Shown: positions 39,674 to 51,639, counted from the whole stretch's first letter. The stretch is DNA of 63,552 bases, filler included, from Octopus bimaculoides (GCF_001194135.2; 5 parts of 5 records of this genome joined end to end with filler, not necessarily neighbours in it); one strand, 5' to 3'. The notes: a model not told the origin generated them from the sequence alone. Translations and numbers: made by a program.

Positions 39674-39718
<45 letters not shown>

Positions 39719-40602
39719 ACGTGTACATATGTATACGAATGTAAGTATATGTGTGTTTTTGTGGTTATTCTTCACGTTTCTTTTTCCCCTTCGTTCTCGA
39801 ATTTTCTTCTCAGTCTGTCGGTCTTTATCCCTCCACCCTGTGCTGTGGCTATCATAGTGATGATCGCCGACAGTCTACCCAAACACTCAAGACAGCTTTA
39901 TGATTGTTAAACAGAAACCGTGCCCCCACGAGATGAGGTTAGCCTACCGGAAGTTTACAATATGTTATCAGTCAACCAACATCAACCAATGCCGAGCTTT
40001 AGTTAAATTGCTTGATAGTCAGAGAAACGATAAAGAAGACACCGGGGAAATGTTTTAGCGGATTTTTAGTGCTTCAGAAACATCTATAAGGATATAAATT
40101 CGTATATAATGGAAATGATAAAGAAATAAACCAACTAACTGAGTGATATGTTAAACATTTATATTCAATTTATTTATGTTGTGTTAAATTATTTATTTAT
40201 CACATATATCGTTTTGATAAATAAAAGTGTATGTATGAAATGTATGTTTGTAATTTCTATTAGACACATTCAGACAGATGCCATTAACACTTTGTGACAT
40301 GATCCCAATCTTAAGAAACTAAAAGATTCTCACAGTCCAGCACTAGATAACTTGATATCTTCAGAGGGACAAACAAGACAGAAGCCTGTAAAATCTCAAA
40401 AATAACACTTAAGTTTCCTCTCAATTTGCACATATCATTTTATGAATAAGATGCTATATATGTACGTACATACGTACATTTAATTCCACTGTACATTTTC
40501 CAGCATCTTGGAACGTCTAACACAGAAAAGACATGAGGCACAGCACCTTGGAAGAACTAACGAATAAATTTGGTAGGTAGTAACTCCGCAGAAGTACTGT
40601 CC

Positions 40603-40652
<50 letters not shown>

Positions 40653-41919
40653 NNNNNNNNNNNNNNNNNNNNNNNNNNNNNNNNNNNNNNNNNNNNNNNN
40701 NNNNNNNNNNNNNNNNNNNNNNNNNNNNNNNNNNNNNNNNNNNNNNNNNNNNNNNNNNNNNNNNNNNNNNNNNNNNNNNNNNNNNNNNNNNNNNNNNNNN
40801 NNNNNNNNNNNNNNNNNNNNNNNNNNNNNNNNNNNNNNNNNNNNNNNNNNNNNNNNNNNNNNNNNNNNNNNNNNNNNTGTGTGTGTGTGTGTGTGTGTGT
40901 GTGCGTGCGTGCGTGCTTATGTGTGTGATTTCTTCATTTATTGACGTTATGCTCTGCACTTTTCTCGTTCATATAATCCTTGGAGCCGAGGTCGTCACTG
41001 AATTCACGCCACTTGGTCGCCATAATTTAGTAATGAGTACATAGAGCTCTAAAAATTATATATTGTTGGCCTTGCAATAGCAACAGAGATTTACCATAGG
41101 AACACACGCACATACACAGACACTCACGCACATACACATACACACACGCACGTATATATACACAGACATACATACACGCGCGCGAGCACACACACACAAA
41201 CGCATATGTATGTGTTGAATGTGTGTGTTTATATGTATGCGTACGTGTGTGTGTGTTCGTGTGTGTTTTGCAACAAAACGAGCTCTATTTTCACGCTCGC
41301 TTCCAACACAAGTTAGTCAGTGAGCCAGTCAGTCATAGACAGTAGTGTCTAGCTAGATGGATCATGATAAGAGGAGCAATCCATCTTTTAAATCGTCTGA
41401 AGTTGATGCTGTCAAATGAGAGCTGTCAATTAGTGTTGGTTGGCGCGGCTGAGGGAGTTTTACCCACTGACTTTATACAATCTTCAAACAAGATGTATCT
41501 TTTCAAACCGACTACCGACTCAACAGAAATGTCAGCAAACCTCGCTGATTCTTTTGATCTCGTGGAACCATAGCTATATAATAGGTTCTTGAAATATACA
41601 CTCTATTTGATATCATACCGGACGCCAGCTTCACTTTGTCCGAATGATTAGACTGATCTTTTGTTATATATACTTCCGCTAAGTGTCATGCAGACTTCCG
41701 CTTCTCGGAATTAAAACGCCGGCAGGCGAAAAAAGATTTTTCTTGACAACAGGTATGGAAGGAGATCACAGAGAAGACAGTTAAATAAATAAATGACTGT
41801 AAAGATGCTTTCTTTCTCCGCCTCCACCCAAACACACACACGTGTGTGTGTGTGTGTGTGCGCGTGTGTGTGCGTGTGTGCGTGTGTGTGTGTGTGTATG
41901 TGTATACAGATATTTGTGT

Positions 41920-42060
41920 GTGCATCAAGCTTGTTCCCCGACCACATGGTTCCAGATTCAGTCCCAGTGCGTGGCACCTTAGGCAAGTATCTTCCACTAT
42001 CGCCTATATATATATATAGGGAGAATTCACAAAAAGACAGCAGACGAAGACAGGTGGTGT
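41920..42060 (+). mobile_element. SINE family A head
   Basis: AAGCTTGTTCCCCGACCACATGGTTCCAGATTCAGTCCCAGTGCGTGGCACCTTAGGCAAGTATCTTCCACTAT. Confidence 0.8.
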
Positions 42061-42860
42061 AGAAAACGAATAGATGTATTAGTATAATGCTCGGGAATTG
42101 AAAAAGTCTTTAACGCTTCGAGCCTATGCTCTTCCAAAGAAAGGAACACAGAAAGAAACAAGGAGAGAAACAAGGAAAGAAAAAAATGTGTGTAGTGGTA
42201 AGCGATCTATCATACATGTGTGTGTGCGTGTGTGTATGTATGTGTGTGTGTATGTGTGTGTGTGTTTATATATATATGCACACATGTACAAACGTAAATG
42301 TGCGTGTGTGTATATATATATATATGTTTGTGTGCGTGTGTGTGTGTGCGTTCGCATGTTTGCGCGCGCGCGTGCCTGTGTTTTAACACAAATGTTTAAA
42401 TAGGTTTATGCAAATAATAAAGAGAAAGAAATGAACAAATGTCGAAATACCGTCCCTGCGAAACGTTCTTTCTTCATCTGCGCTTGGATAATCATAGAAG
42501 TCCGGTCGACATTAACATACATAGGAACTATGATATTAGTCTATTAGGTATTTGAATGGATTGGAATTGAAATGGTAGAAACGAAAGTAGAATAATAAGG
42601 AAAAAGGAGAATACTTTTGTAAACCTCAATTTCAAACTGTGATGTGGTCTGTCATTGTCACTTGCCCTTATAATTTTTCTGTTGTACATATTTCAGTCGT
42701 TGCGGGGGCGGTTAATTTGGAACATCACGTTGGAAACGGGTAAAGCGCCCGCAGAAATATTGGAACCAGTGACCATCAAATCAAAAGTCTGTTGCTCTTC
42801 CGAGCGGACTCGAAGCTAGAAACTTTTACACATACCTACATGCATACATACATATACACA

Positions 42861-42942
<82 letters not shown>

Positions 42943-43614
42943 GACGTGTGTGTGGTGTTACTTGGATGAATGCAAGACATGCAATGCATGCCTAAGATAT
43001 ATAAATATGAATGAATGCAAGAATTCAATACAAATCTTACATTTTTATGAGACACAACTGTAAGGTAGATGCATACATGTTATATTTACTTACATCAATT
43101 ACTTGGCTTTTTATTTATTATTTTTAATTTTCAAAGCTGCATGCACTGGTTTAAGTAGCAAGAATTTCCAGTGCACGCACGCGCGCACACACGCATACAC
43201 GCTCGCGCACCCGTAGTAGAACACACATAGAATACATTCAGGACGCCATCGACATAAGACATACAGTCCGTTTAGAATTCCTTTTTGAGCGCATTCTTTT
43301 ACGACTGTACCGATTCCTCCAGCCTAAATTAGTAGCTGGTTATGAATAGAAGCACTTTTAACTAGCAACGTAGCGCTGTTCAGAACGGATTAAAAATATC
43401 TCCTACACCAAGTGGACCTTCGCTAGTAGTCATGACTGATAATAGTGCTAACGCAAACAGTATCACGATACCAGGGACCTATTTAAGGTGACACGCATAC
43501 TTACACATGCACACACTCACACACACATGCACATGCGTGTATATATACATATACATATATACACACATACATACATGTACACATATATGCAAACATACAT
43601 ACATGTACATATAT

Positions 43615-43675
<61 letters not shown>

Positions 43676-43872
43676 NNNNNNNNNNNNNNNNNNNNNNNNN
43701 NNNNNNNNNNNNNNNNNNNTTAATTAATTAANNNNNNNNNNNNNNNNNNNNNNNNNNNNNNNNNNNNNNNNNNNNAAGAAAAACTCTACATTTGTATTTT
43801 GTCCCTTCTATGTTGAGCCCTGTGTGGCTAATAAAGAAACATATCTATAGATAGATAGATAGACAGACAAGC

Positions 43873-43962
<90 letters not shown>

Positions 43963-44370
43963 GTGTGTGTGTTCGTGTCTCCTCGTGACATCGTGCGCTA
44001 ATTTAAAACAAACGCCACTATCTTAACAATTGTTATTAGTTTGCAATCTTTCGTGAAAACATATTCGAAGGACAATGGGAAATATTACCTTTCTTAGAAA
44101 TACGGGAGGGTTGGCTTCAGAAAGATCATCCGTCCGTAGAAAATCTGCTTCGACGAATTCTGTCCCACCGATGCAAGCATAGAAAAATGGATATTAAAAT
44201 AATGACGATGTCAACGACGGCGGCGACGACGACGATGATGATGACGGTGACTTACATTCACTTCTTATACATATGTATATATATATATATATGTCCCTTA
44301 TACCTCTATCTTCTCGCTTGGCTCCATGCTTTTTATAGTCTCAATACAATAATGGACCAAATATCCAGCA

Positions 44371-44554
44371 GGCTTTGGACCAGAAATGGTCCGGATTTCT
44401 GGCCTTCTCAGTTTTTTGGAGACAGTCTAGGGCTCATCTCACCGAAGTGTCAGGTGATGCCCGTGAGGGTGCTTGCGTGTTTCAACGCCTTAGCCTTGCC
44501 ATCGCCCCTGGTAACGCCGCGAGCGTTTTGGCTTACTTCAGTAGGTTCTGTTGA
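44371..44554 (+). mobile_element. CRE-clade (RLE) non-LTR retrotransposon extreme 3' coding end
   Basis: GFGPEMV followed by AHLTEVSGDAREGACVFQRLSLAIAPGNAASVLAYF*, matching the conserved CRE C-terminus (..QRLSLAI.RGNAAS.L). Confidence 0.75.
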
Positions 44555-44715
44555 ACCTTGTGGTGTGTGACCAATTGAGGCACTTAGTTTTAAATTGATA
44601 TTTTTCTTTTTCTTTCTTTCTTCCTTTTTCTCCCTTTTTCCCATTATTTCTTTCTTTCTTCGCTCATGCTCGTGTTTTCTTCGATTTTGGATTTGTATTT
44701 TAATGTTGTTGTTGT

Positions 44716-45008
44716 TGGCACTCCGTCGCTTACGACGACGAGGGTTCCAGTTGATCCGATCAACGGAACAGACTGCTCGTGAAATTAACGTGCAAGTGGC
44801 TGAGCACTCCACAGACACGTGTAACCTTAACGTAGTTCTCGGGGATATTCAGCGTGACACAGTGTGACAAGGCTGACCCTTTGAATTACAGGCACAACAG
44901 AAACACGAAGTAAGAGTGAGAGAAAGTTGTGGTGAAAGAGTACAGCGGGGTTCACCACCATCCCCTGTCGGAGCCTCGTGGAGCTTTAGGTGTTTTCGCT
45001 CAATAAAC
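44716..45008 (-). mobile_element. SINE family C, well-preserved copy (head lost in the gap)
   Basis: TGGCACTCCGTCGCTTACGACGACGAGGGTTCC...GAAATTAACGTGCAAGTGGCTGAGCACTCC...GCTCAATAAAC. Homologues lie at 4.3, 4.8 and 12.1 kb. Confidence 0.9.
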
Positions 45009-45777
45009 NNNNNNNNNNNNNNNNNNNNNNNNNNNNNNNNNNNNNNNNNNNNNNNNNNNNNNNNNNNNNNNNNNNNNNNNNNNNNNNNNNNNNNNNNNNN
45101 NNNNNNNNNNNNNNNNNNNNNNNNNNNNNNNNNNNNNNNNNNNNNNNNNNNNNNNNNNNNNNNNNNNNNNNNNNNNNNNNNNNNNNNNNNNNNNNNNNNN
45201 NNNNNNNNNNNNNNNNNNNNNNNNNNNNNNNNNNNNNNNNNNNNNNNNNNNNNNNNNNNNNNNNNNNNNNNNNNNNNNNNNNNNNNNNNNNNNNNNNNNN
45301 NNNNNNNNNNNNNNNNNNNNNNNNNNNNNNNNNNNNNNNNNNNNNNNNNNNNNNNNNNNNNNNNNNNNNNNNNNNNNNNNNNNNNNNNNNNNNNNNNNNN
45401 NNNNNNNNNNNNNNNNNNNNNNNNNNNNNNNNNNNNNNNNNNNNNNNNNNNNNNNNNNNNNNNNNNNNNNNNNNNNNNNNNNNNNNNNNNNNNNNNNNNN
45501 NNNNNNNNNNNNNNNNNNNNNNNNNNNNNNNNNNNNNNNNNNNNNNNNNNNNNNNNNNNNNNNNNNNNNNNNNNNNNNNNNNNNNNNNNNNNNNNNNNNN
45601 NNNNNNNNNNNNNNNNNNNNNNNNNNNNNNNNNNNNNNNNNNNNNNNNNNNNNNNNNNNNNNNNNNNNNNNNNNNNNNNNNNNNNNNNNNNNNNNNNNNN
45701 NNNNNNNNNNNNNNNNNNNNNNNNNNNNNNNNNNNNNNNNNNNNNNNNNNNNNNNNNNNNNNNNNNNNNNNNNNNNN

Positions 45778-45822
<45 letters not shown>

Positions 45823-46483
45823 GTATGTATATAAGTAGGTAGGTAAATGGATACATAGGTAAGTAGATTGATAGGTACATAGGTAATACGGATAGACAAG
45901 CACGCGCGCGCACACACACAAAAGGAGAGTGAAACACATGACCACATACATACCCACACACATTCCACACACACGCATACACACAAAGACACATATGGAG
46001 ACACATCCATACATAACAGACGCACGTACATGGTCACACAAACCAATACACATAGACACGTACACACAAGTACGTACACACAAGGAGACAGAGGTACACA
46101 CACAGATAAACTCACACATTCATACATACAAACACATAAATATGCACACACAAACACATGAATGTGCAGAATACATACATACATATATGCATACACACAT
46201 ACATACATATATGCATACACACATACATACATATATACATACATACATACATATGTGCATACACATGAACACTGACGCACACACATGCTCACAGACAAAT
46301 AAAGAACGCAGCTCTAATTACGGACAGATTCAACATCCACTGACAAGGCTGCAAAAGCAACGAACATTTTGGAAGAATGGAAATCGAACCGGTGAGTGTG
46401 TTAGATAATAAGGCATTATGACAATATGACTCTCCCCAGACACAACATATTTTAATGTAGTTTTGTATTATATACGTATTATA

Positions 46484-46640
46484 GGCGTGACTGTGTGGTA
46501 AGAAGCTTGCTTCCCAACCAGATGGTTCCGGGTTTAATCCCACTGTGTGGCACGTTGGGCAAGTGTCTTCTACTATAACCTGGGCCAACCAAATCCTTGT
46601 AATTGGATTTAGTATATGGAAACTGAAAGAAGATCGTCGT
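46484..46640 (+). mobile_element. SINE family A head
   Basis: GGCGTGACTGTGTGGTAAGAAGCTTGCTTCCCAACC...GGTTCCGGGTTTAATCCC...GGCACGTTGGGCAAGTGTCTTCTACT. Confidence 0.9.
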
Positions 46641-46750
46641 GTGTGTATATATAATATAATATAATATAATATAATATAATATAATATAATATATATATAT
46701 TAGAAATTTTTAATTTTGGTAGCCAGTGAATATATTTCACTGTGATTATA

Positions 46751-46898
46751 TATGTTTGCGAGAGGTTGACAGACTTCTTCAACCAGCTGGTCATGCTACT
46801 TCAGGCTGATGACGAGCAAAGACTCAGAAACATGTCCCTGAATGCTGGCTAGGCTGGGTGGAGGAGTTTGTCTCCCCCTCGAAAACATAAGGACACAG
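46751..46898 (+). mobile_element. Hammerhead-containing long-hairpin element, copy 3 (divergent subfamily)
   Basis: 37-bp imperfect inverted arms at 46751-46787 and 46853-46889, and the same 3' tail GAAAACATAAGGACACAG as copies 1 and 2. Confidence 0.75.
46800..46842 (+). ncRNA. Minimal type I hammerhead ribozyme motif (GUC site)
   Basis: TTCAGG CTGATGA C GAG CAAAGA CTC A GAAA CAT GTC CCTGAA. Stem I is 6 bp, the core is intact, stem II is GAG/CTC, and stem III is the palindrome ACATGT. Confidence 0.8.
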
Positions 46899-47185
46899 TA
46901 AATGTGTCAAGGCCGACAGGAAGCGGTCCAGCTTCCTAGGGCTAAACAGCAGTAGTATATTCCCTTATTGGGATTGTCACATTAAGTTGACAATATACAA
47001 CAAATATATATATGTATATATATATATATNNNNNNNNNNNNNNNNNNNNNNNNNNNNNNNNNNNNNNNNNNNNNNNNNNNNNNNNNNNNNNNNNNNNNNN
47101 NNNNNNNNNNNNNNNNNNNNNNNNNNNNNNNNNNNNNNNNNNNNNNNNNNNNNNNNNNNNNNNNNNNNNNNNNNNNNNNNNNNNN

Positions 47186-47372
47186 NCCCCCCCCCCATCA
47201 TCGCTTGACAACCGATGGTGGTGTGTTTACGTCCCTGTAACTTAGCGTTTCGGCAAAACAGTCCGATAGAATAAATACTAGGCTTGCAAAGAATAAGTCT
47301 CGGGTCGATTTCTTCGATGGTGCTTCAGCATGGCCGCAGTCAAATGACTGAAACAAGTAAACAAATAAAAGA
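47186..47372 (+). mobile_element. SINE family A, 3' half
   Basis: CATCGCTTGACAACCGATGG...CAGCATGGCCGCAGTCAAATGACTGAAACAAG. Confidence 0.85.
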
Positions 47373-47439
47373 ATATGTGCTGTTTATGTAATTATTAAAT
47401 TATCTAAATTTTCAATAAATAAATAAATAAATAGATAAA

Positions 47440-47800
47440 TTTAACAGATTCAAATTAATATATTTCTAAAGCAGGTTCTGTCTTATATTTCTTAATCCAC
47501 TTAAAATTCTTAAAATATATCATACTATATCATGTATGCAATGTGATATTTATAAGACGAAAATTAAATAAAGAGAAGTAAAGAACATTTTTATTTAACA
47601 GATACAGGCACAAATTAATATACTTCCATAGTAGAATCTGTATGATATTTCTTAATCTACTTATAATTCTTAATATATATCATACAGTATAATTATTTAT
47701 AAGATGAAAATTAAATGGAAAAAGTGAAGAATATGATTTTTTTAACAGATACAGGCTCAAATTAATACAGTTCCAAAGCAGAGTGTGTTTAATCTTCATC
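47440..47800. repeat. Diverged tandem repeat, period about 150 bp, about 2.4 copies
   Basis: TTTAACAGAT..CAAATTAATA at 47440, 47594 and 47741, with TATTTCTTAATC and TTTATAAGA.GAAAATTAAAT repeated in register. Confidence 0.85.
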
Positions 47801-48029
47801 AATCCATATAAAAATGTGGAGAAGAAAGCAATTTTTAACTCACTGTATGTAAATTAACCAACTTTAATAAGCAGAGTTTGTGCACTCAATACAAGGTATA
47901 GAGTATTGCTCGGTATTGCACAGTATTCCCTTTCCGGATTTCTGGAAGCTGGATAAGAAATCTCTTACTGCATTGTCTGAATCCCGCTAGTCTATTTCCT
48001 CTTAGACTTATAATTCCAAGAATAACCCG

Positions 48030-48220
48030 TCCCATTATTGGTTTCAAATTTTAGCACAAAGTCAGAAATTTCGAGAGGAGGGGAGTAGTCGACTCCAATG
48101 TTCAACTGGTACTTATTCTATCGACCCTGAAAGGAGGAAAGGCAGAGTTGAATTGGATGAAATTTGAACGCAGAACGTAAAGATGGACGAACTGCCGTTG
48201 AGCATTTTTCCCGGCTAAGT
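48030..48220 (-). mobile_element. SINE family B, diverged copy
   Basis: TTTCAAATTTTAGCACAA...CTGGTACTTATT...GAAAGGCAGAG...AATTTGAACGCAGAACGTAAAG. Confidence 0.75.
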
Positions 48221-48366
48221 CTCAGGGTCGTAAACACACCAACACCGGTTGTCAAACGCTGGTAGTGGTGAAGACAAACACAGGCACAAAGACACACATG
48301 TATGTATGTATGTATGTATGCATGTATGTATGTATGTATGTATGCATGTATGTATGTATGTACACA

Positions 48367-48746
48367 TGTGTGATAAGAAGCTTGTTTCTTAACCATATGG
48401 TTCTGGGTTCAGTCTCACTGCGTGACACCTACTATATTCTCGGGCTGGTCAAAGCCATGTGAGTGAATTTAGTAGACAGAAACTGAAAGAAGCCTGTCGT
48501 GTGTGTCTGTGTCTGTGCCTGTGCCTGTGCCTTTGTGTCAGTGTTTGTCTCCTCCCATTACCACTCGACAACTGTTGTTGGTGTGTTTATGTCCCCATAA
48601 CGTAGCAGTTCGGCAAACAAGACCGATAGAATAAGTACTAGGCTTAAAAATAAATCCTGGGATCGATTTGTTCGACTAACACCCTTCAGGGCGGCGCTCC
48701 AGCTTGGACGCAGTCAAATGACTGAAAGAAGTAAAAAATTAAAAGA
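48367..48746 (+). mobile_element. SINE family A, near full-length
   Basis: Head, internal (GT/GTCT)n and tail are all present in order. Confidence 0.9.
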
Positions 48747-49104
48747 ATATATATACGACGGGCTTCGTTCAGTTTCCCTCTACCAAATATGATTGGGTAG
48801 AAAACTCCTTACCACACAGCCACACCTGCGCCTGTTAACTCTCCTGTCCCCAATAACGTATAATGACGTTGTGATAGCTGTCCCTGAAAAATCCATGTTC
48901 CAATATTTGTAAATAATACATTCTGCTTTTCTGGTTAATTATTAATACTGATATTTGTAAATGTTTATCATTAATTAATTAATCGCTATCACTAATTCTT
49001 ATTTTGGCATTTAATACCTTCAGTTATTAGGAATCCGTATCAATAATTCTGATTTCGGTTTCTTCAGGCAATAATTCAGTAAAAAAAACAAACATAATTT
49101 ATAA

Positions 49105-49137
<33 letters not shown>

Positions 49138-49691
49138 NNNNNNNNNNNNNNNNNNNNNNNNNNNNNNNNNNNNNNNNNNNNNNNNNNNNNNNNNNNNNNN
49201 NNNNNNNNNNNNNNNNNNNNNNNNNNNNNNNNNNNNNNNNNNNNNNNNNNNNNNNNNNNNNNNNNNNNNNNNNNNNNNNNNNNNNNNNNNNNNNNNNNNN
49301 NNNNNNNNNNNNNNNNNNNNNNNNNNNNNNNNNNNNNNNNNNNNNNNNNNNNNNNNNNNNNNNNNNNNNNNNNNNNNNNNNNNNNNNNNNNNNNNNNNNN
49401 NNNNNNNNNNNNNNNNNNNNNNNNNNNNNNNNNNNNNNNNNNNNNNNNNNNNNNNNNNNNNNNNNNNNNNNNNNNNNNNNNNNNNNNNNNNNNNNNNNNN
49501 NNNNNNNNNNNNNNNNNNNNNNNNNNNNNNNNNNNNNNNNNNNNNNNNNNNNNNNNNNNNNNNNNNNNNNNNNNNNNNNNNNNNNNNNNNNNNNNNNNNN
49601 NNNNNNNNNNNNNNNNNNNNNNNNNNNNNNNNNNNNNNNTATATATATATATATATATATATATCAAAGTGAACAGTATTATATATCTATT

Positions 49692-49788
49692 ACGACCGAC
49701 CTTACCAGTTGGTTTCGCGCAAAGGGATTGATCGGAGTGTTAGGTAACAGTCCGATTACACAACCCTGCGCTCATCAGAGGTAGCCGT
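49692..49788 (-). ncRNA. Complete type I hammerhead ribozyme with extended stem II (GUA site)
   Basis: Minus strand reads ACGGCT ACCT CTGATGA GCGCA [GGG TTG..ATCGGA C TGTTA CC TAACA C TCCGAT CAAT CCC TT] TGCGC GAAA CCA AC TG GTA AGGT C GGTCGT. All core nucleotides are present, and G10.1-C11.1 is canonical. Confidence 0.85.
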
Positions 49789-50396
49789 TATGGAATGAAA
49801 TACGGCAAACACTTCGATTAATATACCCACTCTATTGACATATATATATATATGATAGAGAGAAGGTAGAAAGAGAGGAAGGGAGAAAAAGGACATCTAT
49901 AAATACGTCATCAAAATAGAGACCCATACTTTCTTTTCAATTATATACGCACCAGGGGAAACTGATGTTTTCCTCCTCTTAAGGTTTTTTTAAAATCAAC
50001 GTAGAACACTCACTGCATTACTGTGCGAATGAGGCGCTGGAACAGTCAGGTATCCTCATGCATCATTTGATAACAAAGTGTAGCAGGATGCTTACGAAGT
50101 CGATATCTTCCTTGTCTATGACTCGGCACCGAGCAATGTCTCAAAAACCACCGGTTGATAAATATAATTTTAAAATTCTGAATTTAAAAAATTAAAAAAT
50201 TATAAATATAAATATAATTTTAAAATTTTGTTACACTGTGTAATCCGTCTTTTGCGAATATAGCTTTTTATTTTGCTCGAGTTTTCATAATTTTCCTCTC
50301 TGTCACATTGAGACACAGTTGTGCATACTCAAGTGCAGACAATGTATCTTTAAAAAGGTTGCTTTTTTAATACTTCTTTTGCTTTTAGGAAAATCT

Positions 50397-51016
50397 TTAT
50401 CACCTCCGCCAAGGAAGGAGGTTATGTTTTAATCGGCGTTGGTTTGTCCGTCTGTCCGTCTGTGTGCAAAATAACTCAAAAAGTTGTGAACGGTATTTGA
50501 TGAAACTTGCAGGAAAAGTTGGTAATGACACAAGGAACAGATGATGAAATTTAGGCAGTGATCCGGGAATTTTTATGGATTCTTGAAGGATTTTTTATTT
50601 GTTATACTTAGTTTACATGAAGTATTACAATGTTACGTTCTTTGATTATTTCCCTTGAAAACACGTTCATCGTTTCAACGAAACCTATGGAGGCATTGCT
50701 GTTTCCAAAGTTTATTTTCGTTTCTCTATTAGTAATTTTACTCGCGTTGTGTGTGTATCACTCAAGTTTTAGGTAATTGTTGTTTCTTTTTAGTTGTATG
50801 GTGAAACTAGTTTGCTGTTGCCATTGATGTATTATAACTGCTTCAGATGATTCCTTATTTTAAAAACCATATGGATGTTTTTTTTTTAACCCCGCCAAGG
50901 AGGTTATGCTTTTGCCGGCGTTGGTTTGGGAAATTGGGTGATTTTCAGCATGCGTGTGTATGGGTGGAAATGAGCTATTTGGCGGAGGTCTGCGCTCTAC
51001 GAGTGCTTTTCTAGTT
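50397..51016 (+). mobile_element. Non-autonomous Helentron/DINE-1-like element
   Basis: 5' subterminal ACCTCCGCCAAGG (50402-50414) with a short IR and (GTCC/GTCT)n, 3' TTGGCGGAGGT (50979-50989), hairpin GCGCTC-TAC-GAGTGC (50992-51006), and end TTTTCTAGTT. Confidence 0.75.
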
Positions 51017-51359
51017 GATATTAAATTTCTTTTGTATTCATACCTAAGTTTTTGTTTGTTACCACCGAGTGAATAGAATCTTTTTAAAAATTTGCTATAG
51101 ATTCCGTCTTCGTGTGTCATTGTTTACAAGAACGATGCTGAACCAGATCTCATATCCTTTCTCTCTTATTTGCTTCGTTTCAGTATCTATCTTGCTGTCC
51201 CTCTCTTACCTTCTTACGATTCCAGAAAGGTTCTAACCGTTCGCTCAACCCTATTTCTCAGGGAACAGATGATGATAGAGGCACTTGACGACCCTTCTCA
51301 CAACACAAAGTAAAACCAACTCAGAGGGAAAAGGAGAGGAAGGGTAGAGGGAGAAAGAG

Positions 51360-51545
51360 AGCTGATCCTCGGGACTTGACTGTTACCGCATATATCGATT
51401 CTGAAAGGTAAAACATTTTACCTCGGCGGGATTTCAATTCAGAGCGCAGAGAACCAGAGTAAAAACTATAAGGTATTCTAGAGTCTAGTTTGAAAAGTTT
51501 TCAAACTAGACTCTAGAATCTAGACAACACTCTAATGATTCTATC
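51360..51545 (-). mobile_element. Decayed SINE family B carrying a 45-bp perfect hairpin
   Basis: CGATTCTGAAAGG...ACCTCGGCGGGATTTCAATTCAGAGCG...CTCTAATGATTC, with an inverted repeat at 51475-51519. Confidence 0.65.
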
Positions 51546-51581
51546 AATGGACTGTCCCATAATCTCTCTCTCTCTCTCTCC

Positions 51582-51639
<58 letters not shown>

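Noticed and set aside
41364-41573. 69-aa ORF in unique-looking sequence (and an open minus-strand frame)
   Set aside because: It is short and has no recognisable domain or convincing splice context.
42697-42739. Candidate 43-nt exon (TTTCAG acceptor, GTAAAG donor; SLRGRLIWNITLET or VAGAVNLEHHVGN)
   Set aside because: The splice signals are plausible, but there is no recognisable protein similarity and no partner exons. It needs RNA-seq.
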